Assembly (NCBI GenBank): GCA_041937175.2
Contig: CP166615.1
Span: forward strand, 4,128,001 to 4,192,000
DNA: 64,000 bases
Origin: Limnothrix sp. BL-A-16
GTDB taxonomy: Bacteria > Cyanobacteriota > Cyanobacteriia > CACIAM-69d
Reading direction: 5' to 3'
The position numbers and the translations under genes were made by a program. Shown piece after piece: positions 18,868 through 29,191 of this stretch (its first letter is position 1; each line of letters starts with the position of its first letter). The notes under the pieces were generated by a model that was not told where the DNA came from, searched no databases, and was given only the letters and a program-made list of their open reading frames with translations.

Positions 18868-20685
18868 ATGAGCGAAGCAGCGGTGCGACCGGCCAAAATT
18901 ACGCGAGTGTTGCCCGGATCAATTGCCCAAGAGGTGGGGTTTGAAGTGGGCGATCGGTTAGTGGCCATCAATGGCCAAAAACCCCGAGACCTGATTGATT
19001 ACAACTTTCTCTGTGCCGATGAGGTGTTGGAGTTGGAAGTGCTGGATCAGCACGATCGCACCCATATTGTTGAAATTGAAAAGGACTATGACGACGAGTT
19101 GGGCTTGGAATTTGAAGCGGCCCTGTTTGATGGTCTGATTCAGTGCAATAACCGCTGTCCCTTTTGTTTTATTGATCAGCAGCCGCCCGGTAAACGCGCA
19201 TCGCTTTATTACAAAGATGATGATTATCGGTTGAGTTTTCTCTATGGCTCCTATCTCACCCTCACCAATTTGACGCAGCGGGAATGGGATCGCATTGAGC
19301 GGCTGCGGTTGTCGCCTCTGTTTGTTTCGGTGCATTCCACGGAACCCGAGGTGCGATCGCGCTTGCTGAAAAATCCCCGGGCGGGCGAGATCATGAACCA
19401 GTTAGCTTGGTTCCGCGATCGGCGCTTGCAAATTCACGCTCAAGTGGTGCTTTGTCCTGGCATTAATGACGGGGTGCATTTGGCGCGAACCATTCACGAT
19501 TTGGCCAGCTTCTATGGATCGCCTGCGGGGCAATCTGGGCCCGGTCGGCGGGCCAAGCCGGCCCTGGCCGACCAAGCCGTGGTCGGGGGGGGTTGGGCCA
19601 TTTCCGAGAAGGTGACGTTGCTGGCGGGCCGATCGCCGGGGGCCGATTCGGGGGCGATCGAATCTGAATCGCTCGATCGGGTGACGGTGATCGATCGCCT
19701 CGACGGTTCAGAACCGGCAGAGTTGGATCTGTCTGACCCGAATGTTTTTGACCCAGATGCTTTTGATCCAGATGTGTTCGATCCGCGATCGCAACCCATC
19801 GGCCTAACAGATTGGGATCCAGAAGGAGATCAGGCCGATGAGGATGACCAGTGGGATGAGGCCGATGGGTTCGATCGGGCCGCTTGGGATGATCAGGACT
19901 TCGATGATTTCAATGACGATCTAGATAGTGACCAAGATGAAGATGAAGTAGAACCCCATCGCCCAACGGTCACCTCTGTGGCGATCGTGCCAGCGGGGCT
20001 AACGCAATTCCGCCCGGCCGACGATGAGCTACAGCCCGTCACCCCCGCCAAAGCCTGCGAAGTCATTGCCCAGGTGCGATCGCTCCAGCAAACCTTTCGC
20101 CAAACCCTCGGTTCCACGTTTGTTTGGTTGGCCGATGAGTGGTTCCTGATTGCGGGTCAGGATTTGCCGGAAATGGTTGAGTACGAAGATTTTCCGCAAA
20201 TTGACAATGGCGTGGGTTCCATCCGGCTGTTTGTGGATCAGTTTGAACGGGCCCTGGCGGCGAACCCGGTGCGTGCAACCCCCTTTCCCCGCCGCCTCAC
20301 CTGGGTGGTGGGGAACACGGTGGAGCGGCCCTTCAGTGGTTTGGTGCGCCAGCTCAATCAAATTTCAGGGCTAACGGTGCAGTTGGCGGCCCTGAACTCG
20401 GACTATTGGGGCCAAACCATGACCGTCACCGGCTTGCTGACGGGCCAGGATTTGGTGCAAAAGTTGACGGGCCAAGACTTGGGGGATGCGTTGTTGCTGC
20501 CGTCGTTGATGTTGCGCCATGGTGAACAGCGCTTTTTGGACGATATGACGCTGCAAGCGGTGAGCGATCGGCTGCAAGTCCCGATCGTGATTGTCACCAG
20601 CGCTGAAGCGGTGATTGAACAAGCGGTGGCCGCCGCTTGGCCCCAAGCGATCGCCCCCCAAGCGCCCAGTGATTTGCTGGCGTAG
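18868..20685 (+). CDS. TIGR03279/DUF512 putative Fe-S radical-SAM-like protein with N-terminal PDZ domain and a large acidic insertion
   Basis: PDZ-like N-terminus, CNNRCPFCFIDQ, KDDDYRLSFLYGSYLTLTN and QIDNGVG motifs. Confidence 0.88.
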   Translation: MSEAAVRPAKITRVLPGSIAQEVGFEVGDRLVAINGQKPRDLIDYNFLCADEVLELEVLDQHDRTHIVEIEKDYDDELGLEFEAALFDGLIQCNNRCPFCFIDQQPPGKRASLYYKDDDYRLSFLYGSYLTLTNLTQREWDRIERLRLSPLFVSVHSTEPEVRSRLLKNPRAGEIMNQLAWFRDRRLQIHAQVVLCPGINDGVHLARTIHDLASFYGSPAGQSGPGRRAKPALADQAVVGGGWAISEKVTLLAGRSPGADSGAIESESLDRVTVIDRLDGSEPAELDLSDPNVFDPDAFDPDVFDPRSQPIGLTDWDPEGDQADEDDQWDEADGFDRAAWDDQDFDDFNDDLDSDQDEDEVEPHRPTVTSVAIVPAGLTQFRPADDELQPVTPAKACEVIAQVRSLQQTFRQTLGSTFVWLADEWFLIAGQDLPEMVEYEDFPQIDNGVGSIRLFVDQFERALAANPVRATPFPRRLTWVVGNTVERPFSGLVRQLNQISGLTVQLAALNSDYWGQTMTVTGLLTGQDLVQKLTGQDLGDALLLPSLMLRHGEQRFLDDMTLQAVSDRLQVPIVIVTSAEAVIEQAVAAAWPQAIAPQAPSDLLA

Positions 20686-21011
20686 GAGTTTCGGGACTCG
20701 GGGGAGCGAGCCGGCCGATTCTGTAGGCCAGCCGCTAGACTAACCAGTATGCTTTTTGAGGCACAACCTCGATTCGATCCTGGTTCGACTCGGTTCGATC
20801 GAGCATCCACTGCGCAAGGCCATTCAACCGACGCTGGCAACCCCCCACAGGGAGCAATTCCTCCCTGAACTTTCGGGCCCCCGAACTTTCGGGAGTTGGC
20901 AGCGTCTGCTGGTGACTATGCGAGCAATAGGCGAGTAATTACGAACTTTGCACCAGTGGCAGCCGTCAAAACAGCCGGTTTTAGGCGTGAGGAGCGAAGC
21001 AAGTTTTGGTT

Positions 21012-22988
21012 ATGAAGATTGCCCATCGAGCGATCGCCACGGGTTTAGGGGTTACCGTCGCGTTGTGTTGTTTGTGGGCGGATGCCGCCCGCGCCGAGTC
21101 GGTGGAAGCGGATGCGGCCGCCACCTTGGCTGAAGCTGATCATGTCATAGCCGACAAGTCCCCTACTTCGCCACCGGACTCAGCCGCCGCAACCGGTTCT
21201 GAATCTGCTGAATCTGCTGAATCGCCTCATTCGCCTGTTAATTCGCTGAATTTGCCGAAGCCAGCTAAACCGGCCAAACCGGTTGCGGGTGTGGTGGCCA
21301 CCGCAGTTCCGATCGCTGCCGACCGTGATCAGGAGCTGATCGCCCAAGAATCAGCCAGTCAAGAGCAAGCCAGTCCAGAGCAAGCGCTTGCAGCAGATTC
21401 CCCCAGGGCCGACGCTTCCGAGTCGATCGGGGGAGATTCGGCTCCCGTTGCCCAAGCGAATGATAGTTCCAGTAATCCCGATCCGTTGGGAAATGTGCCC
21501 TCTGCGCCTGGTTCCTTGGGCGATCGGCCCGAAGGCAACACAGAAGCGGATGAGCTGGTGATCCAACGGCTGGAATCTGATCCAAACCCGCTGCAATTTC
21601 CCACCCTGCCGGAAGAAGTGCGGATCCTGTTGACCCAGCCGATTACCCTTGAGCAGGCCCTGGAAATTGGCCGTCGCAATAACCGAGATCTGCGCCAGGC
21701 CTATCTCAGCATCGAAAGCAGCCGGGCCCAACTGCGGCAGGCGATCGCCGCCAACTATCCCCAATTGCGGTTCTCCTCCTCCCTCACGGATTCGCTCACG
21801 GCCGGCAGCCGCTTGAACCTGTTGTTGCAAAACCGAACTGCCCGCCGTCTCGGCAACTTTGGGGGCCAGGTGGACATTGACACCCAGGATCAGTTCACCT
21901 GGAGCAGCGCTCTGGAACTGAGCTACAACATCTACACTTCGGGACTGCGGCCCGCGAACATTGCCGCCGCCCAAGCCCAGTTGCGAGCCACTGAGTTAGC
22001 CCTCGAAGCCACCTTTGAGGATTTGCGGCGCGACATCACCGATAGCTACTACCGGCTGCAACAGGAAAACGAGCAGCTCAAAATTGACCAATCGGCGGTC
22101 AAGTTTCGGGAGCAAAGCGTGAAGGATGCCCAAGCCTTGGAGAAGGCTGGGTTGGGAACGCGGTTTGAGGTGCTGCAAGCGGAAGTGGAATTGGCCAACG
22201 ATCGCCAGTTGGTGGTGCAAACGCGCGATCGACAAACCCAGCGCCGCCGGGAGCTGGCCCGGTTGTTGAGTTTGCCGGAGGCGATCGACATCCAAACCGC
22301 TGACCCGATCGCGAAGGCGGGAGAATGGACGCTGCCCCTCGAAGACAGCATCGTGTTGGCCTATCGCAACCGCGCAGAAATTGAACAGCAACTGGCCCAG
22401 CGAGAACTGAACAGCGCCCAACGGCGGGCCCGGTTGTCTCAGTTGGGGCCCCAGCTCAGTGCCTTTGCTCGTTATGAGCTGCTGGATGTGATTCAGCCCG
22501 ATGACGACTTCAGCTTGGTCAGTGGCTATTCCACGGGTTTGCAGTTGCAATGGACGCTGTTTGACGGCGGAGCGGCCCGGGCCCAGGCTCGTCAGGAGTC
22601 GGTAGCGATCGAGCAGGCCGAAAACGGTGTGGGCCGGGCGCGCGATCGAATTCGGTTTGAAGTGGAGGTGGCCTACTCCAACCTGCAAGCCAACGCCGAA
22701 AACATTCAAACCTCCCTCAAGGCGATCGAGTCAGCCCAAGAGGAAGTGCGCTTGGCGCGGCTTCGGTTCCAGGCCGGCGTGGGCACACAGACCGATCGAC
22801 TCAACGCAGAAACCCGCCTCACCCGGGCGCGGGGTAACGTGCTGATTGCGATTATTGGCTACAACCGCGCGTTGGCCGCCCTCAACCGCGCCGTCAGCAA
22901 TCTGCCGCCGGGTACGATTCAACCGGTTCCGGAACCGATTCAACTGCCTGAACTAATCGATGCACCGACGGGCCCTACTACTCCGTAG
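21012..22988 (+). CDS. tolC: TolC family outer-membrane efflux protein (HgdD-like)
   Basis: Signal peptide, low-complexity linker and two OEP repeats (AGLGTRFEVLQAE, ARLRFQAGVGTQ). Confidence 0.88.
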   Translation: MKIAHRAIATGLGVTVALCCLWADAARAESVEADAAATLAEADHVIADKSPTSPPDSAAATGSESAESAESPHSPVNSLNLPKPAKPAKPVAGVVATAVPIAADRDQELIAQESASQEQASPEQALAADSPRADASESIGGDSAPVAQANDSSSNPDPLGNVPSAPGSLGDRPEGNTEADELVIQRLESDPNPLQFPTLPEEVRILLTQPITLEQALEIGRRNNRDLRQAYLSIESSRAQLRQAIAANYPQLRFSSSLTDSLTAGSRLNLLLQNRTARRLGNFGGQVDIDTQDQFTWSSALELSYNIYTSGLRPANIAAAQAQLRATELALEATFEDLRRDITDSYYRLQQENEQLKIDQSAVKFREQSVKDAQALEKAGLGTRFEVLQAEVELANDRQLVVQTRDRQTQRRRELARLLSLPEAIDIQTADPIAKAGEWTLPLEDSIVLAYRNRAEIEQQLAQRELNSAQRRARLSQLGPQLSAFARYELLDVIQPDDDFSLVSGYSTGLQLQWTLFDGGAARAQARQESVAIEQAENGVGRARDRIRFEVEVAYSNLQANAENIQTSLKAIESAQEEVRLARLRFQAGVGTQTDRLNAETRLTRARGNVLIAIIGYNRALAALNRAVSNLPPGTIQPVPEPIQLPELIDAPTGPTTP

Positions 22989-23437
22989 GAAGTTGGGCCG
23001 GCCTGCGTCTGCATTCCAGCGGCTCGGGATCGATCAAATTTGAACGGCCTTGTTTAAGCTGTCTTGTTTAAACAGGCTTTTGGTCAATAGCCTTGCGTCT
23101 CGGGGGCGATCGGGCCGAGGTCGGTTTTTTCGACTCTCTGCCACGATTGCTCCTGAGGCGCTCGCATTACACTGGGGTAGCTCAACAAACTGCAACATCT
23201 TGCAATGATCTTGCAATCTTTCACCGATTGCCTTTGCCTTCACTGCATTTGTTGCATCTGTTGTGTCCCTTGCTGGTAAGTACTGCACCTGTGTTTGGGC
23301 AGATCCGTTGCATCGGCCGCGGTTCTCACCCCTGCCCGATCGCCCTGCCCGCCGCACGAGTTCCCGGTTCCCAGCAAAGACCCACAATTTCCCCTGAGCT
23401 ACTACGCCCCGTCAGCGAGTCCCTTTCCCAACACCCT

Positions 23438-23734
23438 ATGGGCACTATTCACTTCGTTAACGAAAACAAGGACGTAATCGCCGCCACCGGTTCCAACCTG
23501 CGAATCAAGGCGATCGAGAACGGCATTGATATCTATAAGCTGTACGGCAAAATGATGAACTGCGGTGGCTATGGCCAATGTGCCACCTGCGTTGTTGAAA
23601 TTGTGGAAGGGATGGAAAACCTGTCCGATCGGACGGATTTTGAAAATCGCACCCTGCGCAAGAAGCCCGACAATTACCGTTTGGCTTGCCAGGTGTTGGT
23701 GAATGGCCCCGTAAGCGTGCGTACTAAGCCCTAG
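23438..23734 (+). CDS. 2Fe-2S ferredoxin-like protein
   Basis: [11 protein letters not shown]...RLACQ motif. Start at MGTIHF is inferred. Confidence 0.88.
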   Translation: MGTIHFVNENKDVIAATGSNLRIKAIENGIDIYKLYGKMMNCGGYGQCATCVVEIVEGMENLSDRTDFENRTLRKKPDNYRLACQVLVNGPVSVRTKP

Positions 23735-24354
23735 CACCGACTCGCAAACCCGGTTCTCCTGGGGGCTTTTGTGGCGATCGAATGAGATCCAGTGCGATCA
23801 AATGAAATCAAAATGAAGTTAGATCAATGCGATCAAAATAGAAGTCAAGAGGCGCACCCTTGCGTCTGAGGCGATCGGGTTGCAAGAATCAGTCAAGGCA
23901 ACCTCAGCCGCCCGAGAACACCTTTTGGTAGTTTCTGGCTTTGGCAGTTTTGGGGTCAATCAACGGCTAAGTACAGCCCGAAGAGTTGACAACCACCGAG
24001 GGTAAAAGCGTTTCCTAGCGTTTTTCCTTCGGTGTTCGCATTTTGGGGAGCTGATCGATTTTTTCCAGTCGCCTGGAGGAGAAGGATCCGGAATTGGGGG
24101 GCGATCGCTCCGCACTGATTGTGGCCATTCGCCGCGAAGACTGACAGCCCGCTTGCTAGTTTCGCGAGTCTTCCCCTCTCAACGCCACCCCAGCACCACC
24201 CCAATGCCATCAAAGTTGACTGGATTTGATCGAACTTGATCTAATCTTCCTGATCTTCCCGATCGCTGATGAAATCAGGGGTTTCAGACCCTCCTTAACC
24301 GTAATTTTCGAGAATCTTTTCCAAGACTCGGTTTCGCCTCTTGTCGGTTCGATC

Positions 24355-24421
24355 TATAATCGCCACAGGAAGTGTACTGACTCAGTAACACTTTCACTGG
24401 TATCGGTGTGAGGAAACGCGA
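24355..24421 (+). promoter_or_regulatory. Porin promoter -10 (TATAAT) and 5' UTR with a hairpin and a Yfr1-complementary site
   Basis: TATAAT at 24355-24360, AGTGTACTGA-C-TCAGTAACACT hairpin, and GGTGTGAGGA at 24405-24414. Confidence 0.55.
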
Positions 24422-26032
24422 ATGAAACTGTTCTGGAATGCACTGCGCCTGAGCCCGGCTGCTGCTGGCCTCTCGCTGTTGCTCGCTCAAGGCGCTTTTG
24501 CCGGCGAAGCAACGACCCAAACCAATATTGACGCTAGCCCTTCGGCGATCGAGCTTGGTCTGCAAGACGATCTCGCCAGCATGGACCAAGTGACCTCAGT
24601 GTCGCAACTGTCCGACGTGCAACCCACTGATTGGGCTTTCCAAGCGCTGCAATCGCTGGTTGAGCGTTATGGTTGCATCGCCGGTTATCCGGATGGCACC
24701 TTCAAGGGCAACCGCCCCCTGAGCCGCTACGAGTTTGCCGCCGGTTTGAATGCTTGCCTCGATCGGATCAACGACCTGATCAAGGCAGCTACCGATCCCT
24801 TGGCCACCAAGGAAGATCTGCGCAAGCTGCAAAAGCTGCAAGAAGAATTCGCCGCTGAATTGGCTGCCCTGCGCGGTCGTGTGGATGCCCTCGAAGCCCG
24901 CACCTCTGAGCTGGAAGCTAACCAATTCTCCACCACCACCAAGCTGACCGGTGAAGTGGTGATGGCCGTGGCCGCTGGCCTGTCGGACGTGGTCGGTGAT
25001 GACGACAACGACGAAGCGGACAACGCCACCTTCTCGCACCGCGTGCGCTTGAACTTCAACACCAGCTTCACGGGTAAGGACTTGCTCCGCACCCGTCTGC
25101 AAGTGGGTAACGTGCCTCGTTACTACAGCAGCGAGACCAACATGGCTCGTTTGGCTTGGGAATCGAACACCAGCAACAACTTCATCCTGGATGAGTTGTA
25201 CTACCGCTTCCCCCTGAACAGCGCCAACACCTGGCGCGCTTTCGTGGGTACGACCGGTCTGGACATCGACGATATCCACTACACCGCCAACCCCCTGTTG
25301 GAATCCTCGGCTGATGGCGCTCTGTCGCGCTTCGGTCGCTACAACCCCTTGTTCCGTCAGCCCCAAGGCGCTGGTATCGGTGTGAACTACAAGGGTGAAC
25401 GTTTCCGCTTTGCCGCCAGCTACCTGGCCAGCGAAGCCAACGATCCCCAAACCGGTGCTGGTTTGTTCGACGGTAGCTACAGCGCTGCTGCGAGCTTGTA
25501 CTACTCCCCCAGCAAGACTTGGGATATCGGTCTGCTGTATGCCTACGCTTACCACAGCACCGATGCTCGCACCCGTCCGAGCTTGACCGGTGGTACCGGC
25601 AGCTTCCTGGGCGACAACCCCTTCGGTGATCCCACCAGCGCTCACAACGTGGGCGTGCAAACCACCGCGAAGCTGAGCAAGAACTTCGTGCTGAGCGGCT
25701 GGGCCGGCTGGACGTTTGCTAACGCTGAAGATAACGGCGATGGCAACGCTGACCTGTTCAACTGGGCTTTGACCTTCGCGTTCCCCGACCTGTTCAAGGA
25801 AGGCAGCGTTGGCGCTCTGATTGTGGGCCAACAGCCTAACCTGTACAACGCCGACAATACTGTTAGTGGCGAAGATGATGACAATTCCTGGCACATCGAA
25901 GCCCTGTACAAGTTTGCGGTTAACGACAACATCTCGATCACCCCTGGTGTGATTGTGGTGACCGACCCCAACAACAACAACGACAACGACACCGCTGTGT
26001 TGGGTGTGTTGCGGACTGTCTTCAAGTTCTAA
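24422..26032 (+). CDS. Cyanobacterial outer-membrane porin (SLH domain plus OprB-type barrel; SomA/B-like)
   Basis: QVTSVSQLSDVQPTDWAFQALQSLVERYGCIAGYPDGTF SLH signature, coiled coil and C-terminal LRTVFKF. Confidence 0.95.
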   Translation: MKLFWNALRLSPAAAGLSLLLAQGAFAGEATTQTNIDASPSAIELGLQDDLASMDQVTSVSQLSDVQPTDWAFQALQSLVERYGCIAGYPDGTFKGNRPLSRYEFAAGLNACLDRINDLIKAATDPLATKEDLRKLQKLQEEFAAELAALRGRVDALEARTSELEANQFSTTTKLTGEVVMAVAAGLSDVVGDDDNDEADNATFSHRVRLNFNTSFTGKDLLRTRLQVGNVPRYYSSETNMARLAWESNTSNNFILDELYYRFPLNSANTWRAFVGTTGLDIDDIHYTANPLLESSADGALSRFGRYNPLFRQPQGAGIGVNYKGERFRFAASYLASEANDPQTGAGLFDGSYSAAASLYYSPSKTWDIGLLYAYAYHSTDARTRPSLTGGTGSFLGDNPFGDPTSAHNVGVQTTAKLSKNFVLSGWAGWTFANAEDNGDGNADLFNWALTFAFPDLFKEGSVGALIVGQQPNLYNADNTVSGEDDDNSWHIEALYKFAVNDNISITPGVIVVTDPNNNNDNDTAVLGVLRTVFKF

Positions 26033-26630
26033 GTTGCAACCCCACTGCCGCGTTGAAATAACGGTGTAGTGGCCAATCAAGCTGGGCGGTGATTTTTGAT
26101 CAACTAGCCCAGCTTGTTCAAGGGCAGCTTTTAGAAACAGTGGTTGGCTGAACCTGTTTGCGGGAGCCGGCCTAATCCAAATGAAGCCATTTTCAAAAGA
26201 GTAAGTGTTACCCATGCACTTGCTCTTTTGTTTTGCTTGCTTTTCTGGGTGGGGGCGATCGGGATCCTGAAAACCTCATGGCAGTGCGATCGTTCGGCGT
26301 GCCTTTGCCAGGTTTTCAACGGCTTGCGGAGTGCTTGAGGCATAATGGAAAAAGGTATCCTCTGGTTAGATGTTTGCTCTCGCATTGTGACCACTAGGGT
26401 GACCACGCGCCCAAAGCCAGCGTTTGGCCAGCGGAAATGTTCGTGCGATCGCCCCTGAGGCGGAACTCAGGTTCTGTCAAGGGTTCCACCGGTTCACGGG
26501 TGGAACCAGGGACTTTGCAAATCTGCCATCAGCCAGATCTTGATTCACTACCAGCGCAGCACCCCTTTGCCATGAGCCAATGCCATGGGCAAATGCGGTA
26601 ACGAGTGCGCGACTTCGAGGGGCAACCTGT

Positions 26631-28001
26631 ATGTCGAAATTTGACTCCCATCTCAAGTGTTCGTTTTGTGGCAAGTCCCAAGAGCAAGTCCGCAAGCTTA
26701 TTGCTGGGCCGGGAGTCTATATCTGCGATGAGTGCGTAGATCTGTGCAATGAAATTTTGGACGAAGAACTCTTCAATGGCGGCACAGCAACCCAAGCGCC
26801 GCCTCGTCCTGAACCGGCTGAGCGGACTCGCACCCGCACTCCCCGCACCACGCCCCATCGGGTCTTGAAGCCCCGGGAAATCAAGAAATACCTTGATGAC
26901 CACGTTATTGGCCAAGACGAAGCCAAAAAAGTCTTGTCAGTGGCGGTTTATAACCACTACAAACGGTTAGCCTGCTTGCAGGAAGCCGAAAATGGTCAGG
27001 GATCCGCAATAGCTCCCGGTAATCCTAGTGCGCCTGCTTTGGATGATGGGGTGGAACTCCAAAAGTCCAACATTTTGCTGATGGGCCCCACGGGCTGTGG
27101 CAAGACGCTGCTGGCTCAGACCTTAGCCAAAATTTTGGACGTGCCCTTTGCGGTGGCCGATGCCACAACCCTGACGGAGGCGGGCTACGTTGGGGAAGAT
27201 GTGGAAAATATTCTGCTGCGTCTGTTGCAGGTGGCGGATTTTGACGTGGAGGAGGCCCAGCGCGGCATCATCTACATCGACGAAATTGATAAGGTGGCCC
27301 GCAAGAGCGAAAACCCCTCCATCACGCGCGATGTGTCCGGGGAGGGGGTGCAACAGGCCCTGCTAAAGATGTTGGAAGGGACGGTGGCGAATGTGCCGCC
27401 TCAGGGGGGCCGTAAGCATCCTTACCAAGACTGCATCCAGATCGACACCAGCAATATTTTGTTTATTTGCGGTGGGGCGTTCGTTGGTTTGGAAAAGGTG
27501 GTGGAGCAGCGCACGGGCAAGAAGTCGATGGGCTTTGTGCGAGCGGGCGAAACCCAATCCCGGGAGCAACGCACGGCGGATACTTTGCGCCACCTGGAAC
27601 CGGAAGATCTGGTAAAGTTCGGAATGATTCCGGAGTTTATTGGGCGGGTGCCGGTGCTGGCGGTGGTGGAGCCGTTGGATGAGGAGGCGCTGATCGCGAT
27701 CCTGACGCAGCCGCGTAATGCGCTGGTCAAGCAATATCAAAAGCTGCTGCGGATGGATAATGTGCAACTGACGTTTGAGCCGGATGCGGTGCGGGCGATC
27801 GCCCAGGAGGCCTATCGGCGGCGAACGGGGGCCAGGGCCCTGCGCAGCATTGTGGAAGAGCTGATGCTGGATGTGATGTATGAAGTGCCGTCACGGAAGG
27901 ATTTGACCCGCTGTCTGATTACGCGGCACATGGTGGAGCATCGATCGACTGCGGAGTTGTTGTTGCACCCGTCTTCGCTGCCGAAGCCGGAGTCTGCCTA
28001 G
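26631..28001 (+). CDS. clpX: ATP-dependent Clp protease ATP-binding subunit ClpX
   Basis: CSFCGK...CDEC zinc finger, GPTGCGKT and [14 protein letters not shown] motifs. Confidence 0.97.
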   Translation: MSKFDSHLKCSFCGKSQEQVRKLIAGPGVYICDECVDLCNEILDEELFNGGTATQAPPRPEPAERTRTRTPRTTPHRVLKPREIKKYLDDHVIGQDEAKKVLSVAVYNHYKRLACLQEAENGQGSAIAPGNPSAPALDDGVELQKSNILLMGPTGCGKTLLAQTLAKILDVPFAVADATTLTEAGYVGEDVENILLRLLQVADFDVEEAQRGIIYIDEIDKVARKSENPSITRDVSGEGVQQALLKMLEGTVANVPPQGGRKHPYQDCIQIDTSNILFICGGAFVGLEKVVEQRTGKKSMGFVRAGETQSREQRTADTLRHLEPEDLVKFGMIPEFIGRVPVLAVVEPLDEEALIAILTQPRNALVKQYQKLLRMDNVQLTFEPDAVRAIAQEAYRRRTGARALRSIVEELMLDVMYEVPSRKDLTRCLITRHMVEHRSTAELLLHPSSLPKPESA

Positions 28002-28145
28002 CCTGCCCAAGACTGGCACTGGCTCAGCTCATGGGGCTAATGGCTCGATCGAGCCTGATGTTTGGGGGCTTGGCACTCGGTCTCGAGGTTTGATCTTTTG
28101 ATCGATTAACCTTTTTGCATTAACCTTCTTTGCTGCTCTGCAACC

Positions 28146-29000
28146 ATGGCCTATGTGGAGGTGCGCGGAACAGCGCATTATTACGAGTGGATCCGACAGG
28201 GGGGCGCAACGACCCCAACCGGTCGGCCCATTATGGTGTTTTTGCATGGCTGGGGCGGTTCCGGGCGCTATTGGCGATCGACTGCGGCGGCCCTGAGCGA
28301 TCGCTTCGATGCGCTGATTTATGACCTGCGGGGATTTGGCCGATCGCGCTTGCCCCAAAACCACCCTCCGGCCGATTCCCCAGACTACTGGTTGGAGGCC
28401 TATGGGGAAGATCTGATCGCGCTGCTCGATCGCTTGGGTATTACGGAGCCGGTGTATCTCAATGCCCACTCGATGGGGGCTTCGGTGGCCGTGTTGCTGA
28501 TGCGACAATCGCCCGATCGAATTCGGCAAGCCATCCTGACCTGTAGCGGCATTTTTGAATATGACGCGGCGGCCTTTGCGGCCTTTTACCGGTTTGGGGG
28601 CTATGTGGTGCAATTCCGCCCCCCTTGGCTGTCTCGCTTACCCCTAGCGCCACAACTGTTCATGGCGCGGTTTTTGCATCGCTCCATCCCGATCTCGGAG
28701 CAGCGTGCTTTCCTGGAGGACTTCACTCAGGCCGATCGCGCGGCGGCTCTGGGCACGATTTTCACCTCCGTTAGTCTGCGAGCCGTGGAAGAGATGCCCG
28801 CTGCCTTTGCGGCCTTGCCTGTGCCTACCCTGTTGGTGGCGGGACAGTTTGATCAAATCATTCCGCCGCGTTTGGGACAGCAGGCCGCTGCACTCAACCC
28901 TCGCATTACCTACCGCGAGCTGACGGCCACGGGGCATTTTCCAATGCTGGAGGATCCGGAAACTTACCTAGCCACAGTGTGCCAATTCCTGCATGGCTGA
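28146..29000 (+). CDS. Alpha/beta fold hydrolase
   Basis: FLHGWGG, YDLRGFGRS, AHSMG and GHFPMLE motifs. Confidence 0.88.
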   Translation: MAYVEVRGTAHYYEWIRQGGATTPTGRPIMVFLHGWGGSGRYWRSTAAALSDRFDALIYDLRGFGRSRLPQNHPPADSPDYWLEAYGEDLIALLDRLGITEPVYLNAHSMGASVAVLLMRQSPDRIRQAILTCSGIFEYDAAAFAAFYRFGGYVVQFRPPWLSRLPLAPQLFMARFLHRSIPISEQRAFLEDFTQADRAAALGTIFTSVSLRAVEEMPAAFAALPVPTLLVAGQFDQIIPPRLGQQAAALNPRITYRELTATGHFPMLEDPETYLATVCQFLHG

Positions 29001-29191
29001 GGCTAAGGCGGACAAGGGTGTTGTGGGGTGATTCCCCTCAGCTTGCTGGAAGATCGGGCTTTAGAATGTGCCTGAGGGGAGCGGTGGACTCAGGTATCGA
29101 TTAAAACTAGACCGTTCGTCGATTCAGGCTCAGTTTCCCGATCGCCCAATTTTGCCCCCTTGCCTCCGGTGCTCTATCCGGCTTTTGGCCC

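Noticed and set aside
19516..19962. Intein as the explanation for the acidic insertion
   Set aside because: No splice-junction residues or homing-endonuclease motifs; the composition is low-complexity.
23093..23437. N-terminal extensions in the ORF track (ferredoxin; also btpA, hemW, clpX, DUF3598, patU3, plsX)
   Set aside because: Family similarity begins at downstream start codons; the extensions are leader or repeat sequence, or overlap neighbouring genes.
24596..26215. 539-aa antisense ORF over the porin gene
   Set aside because: Shadow ORF caused by strong codon bias in a highly expressed gene; it has no recognisable motifs.
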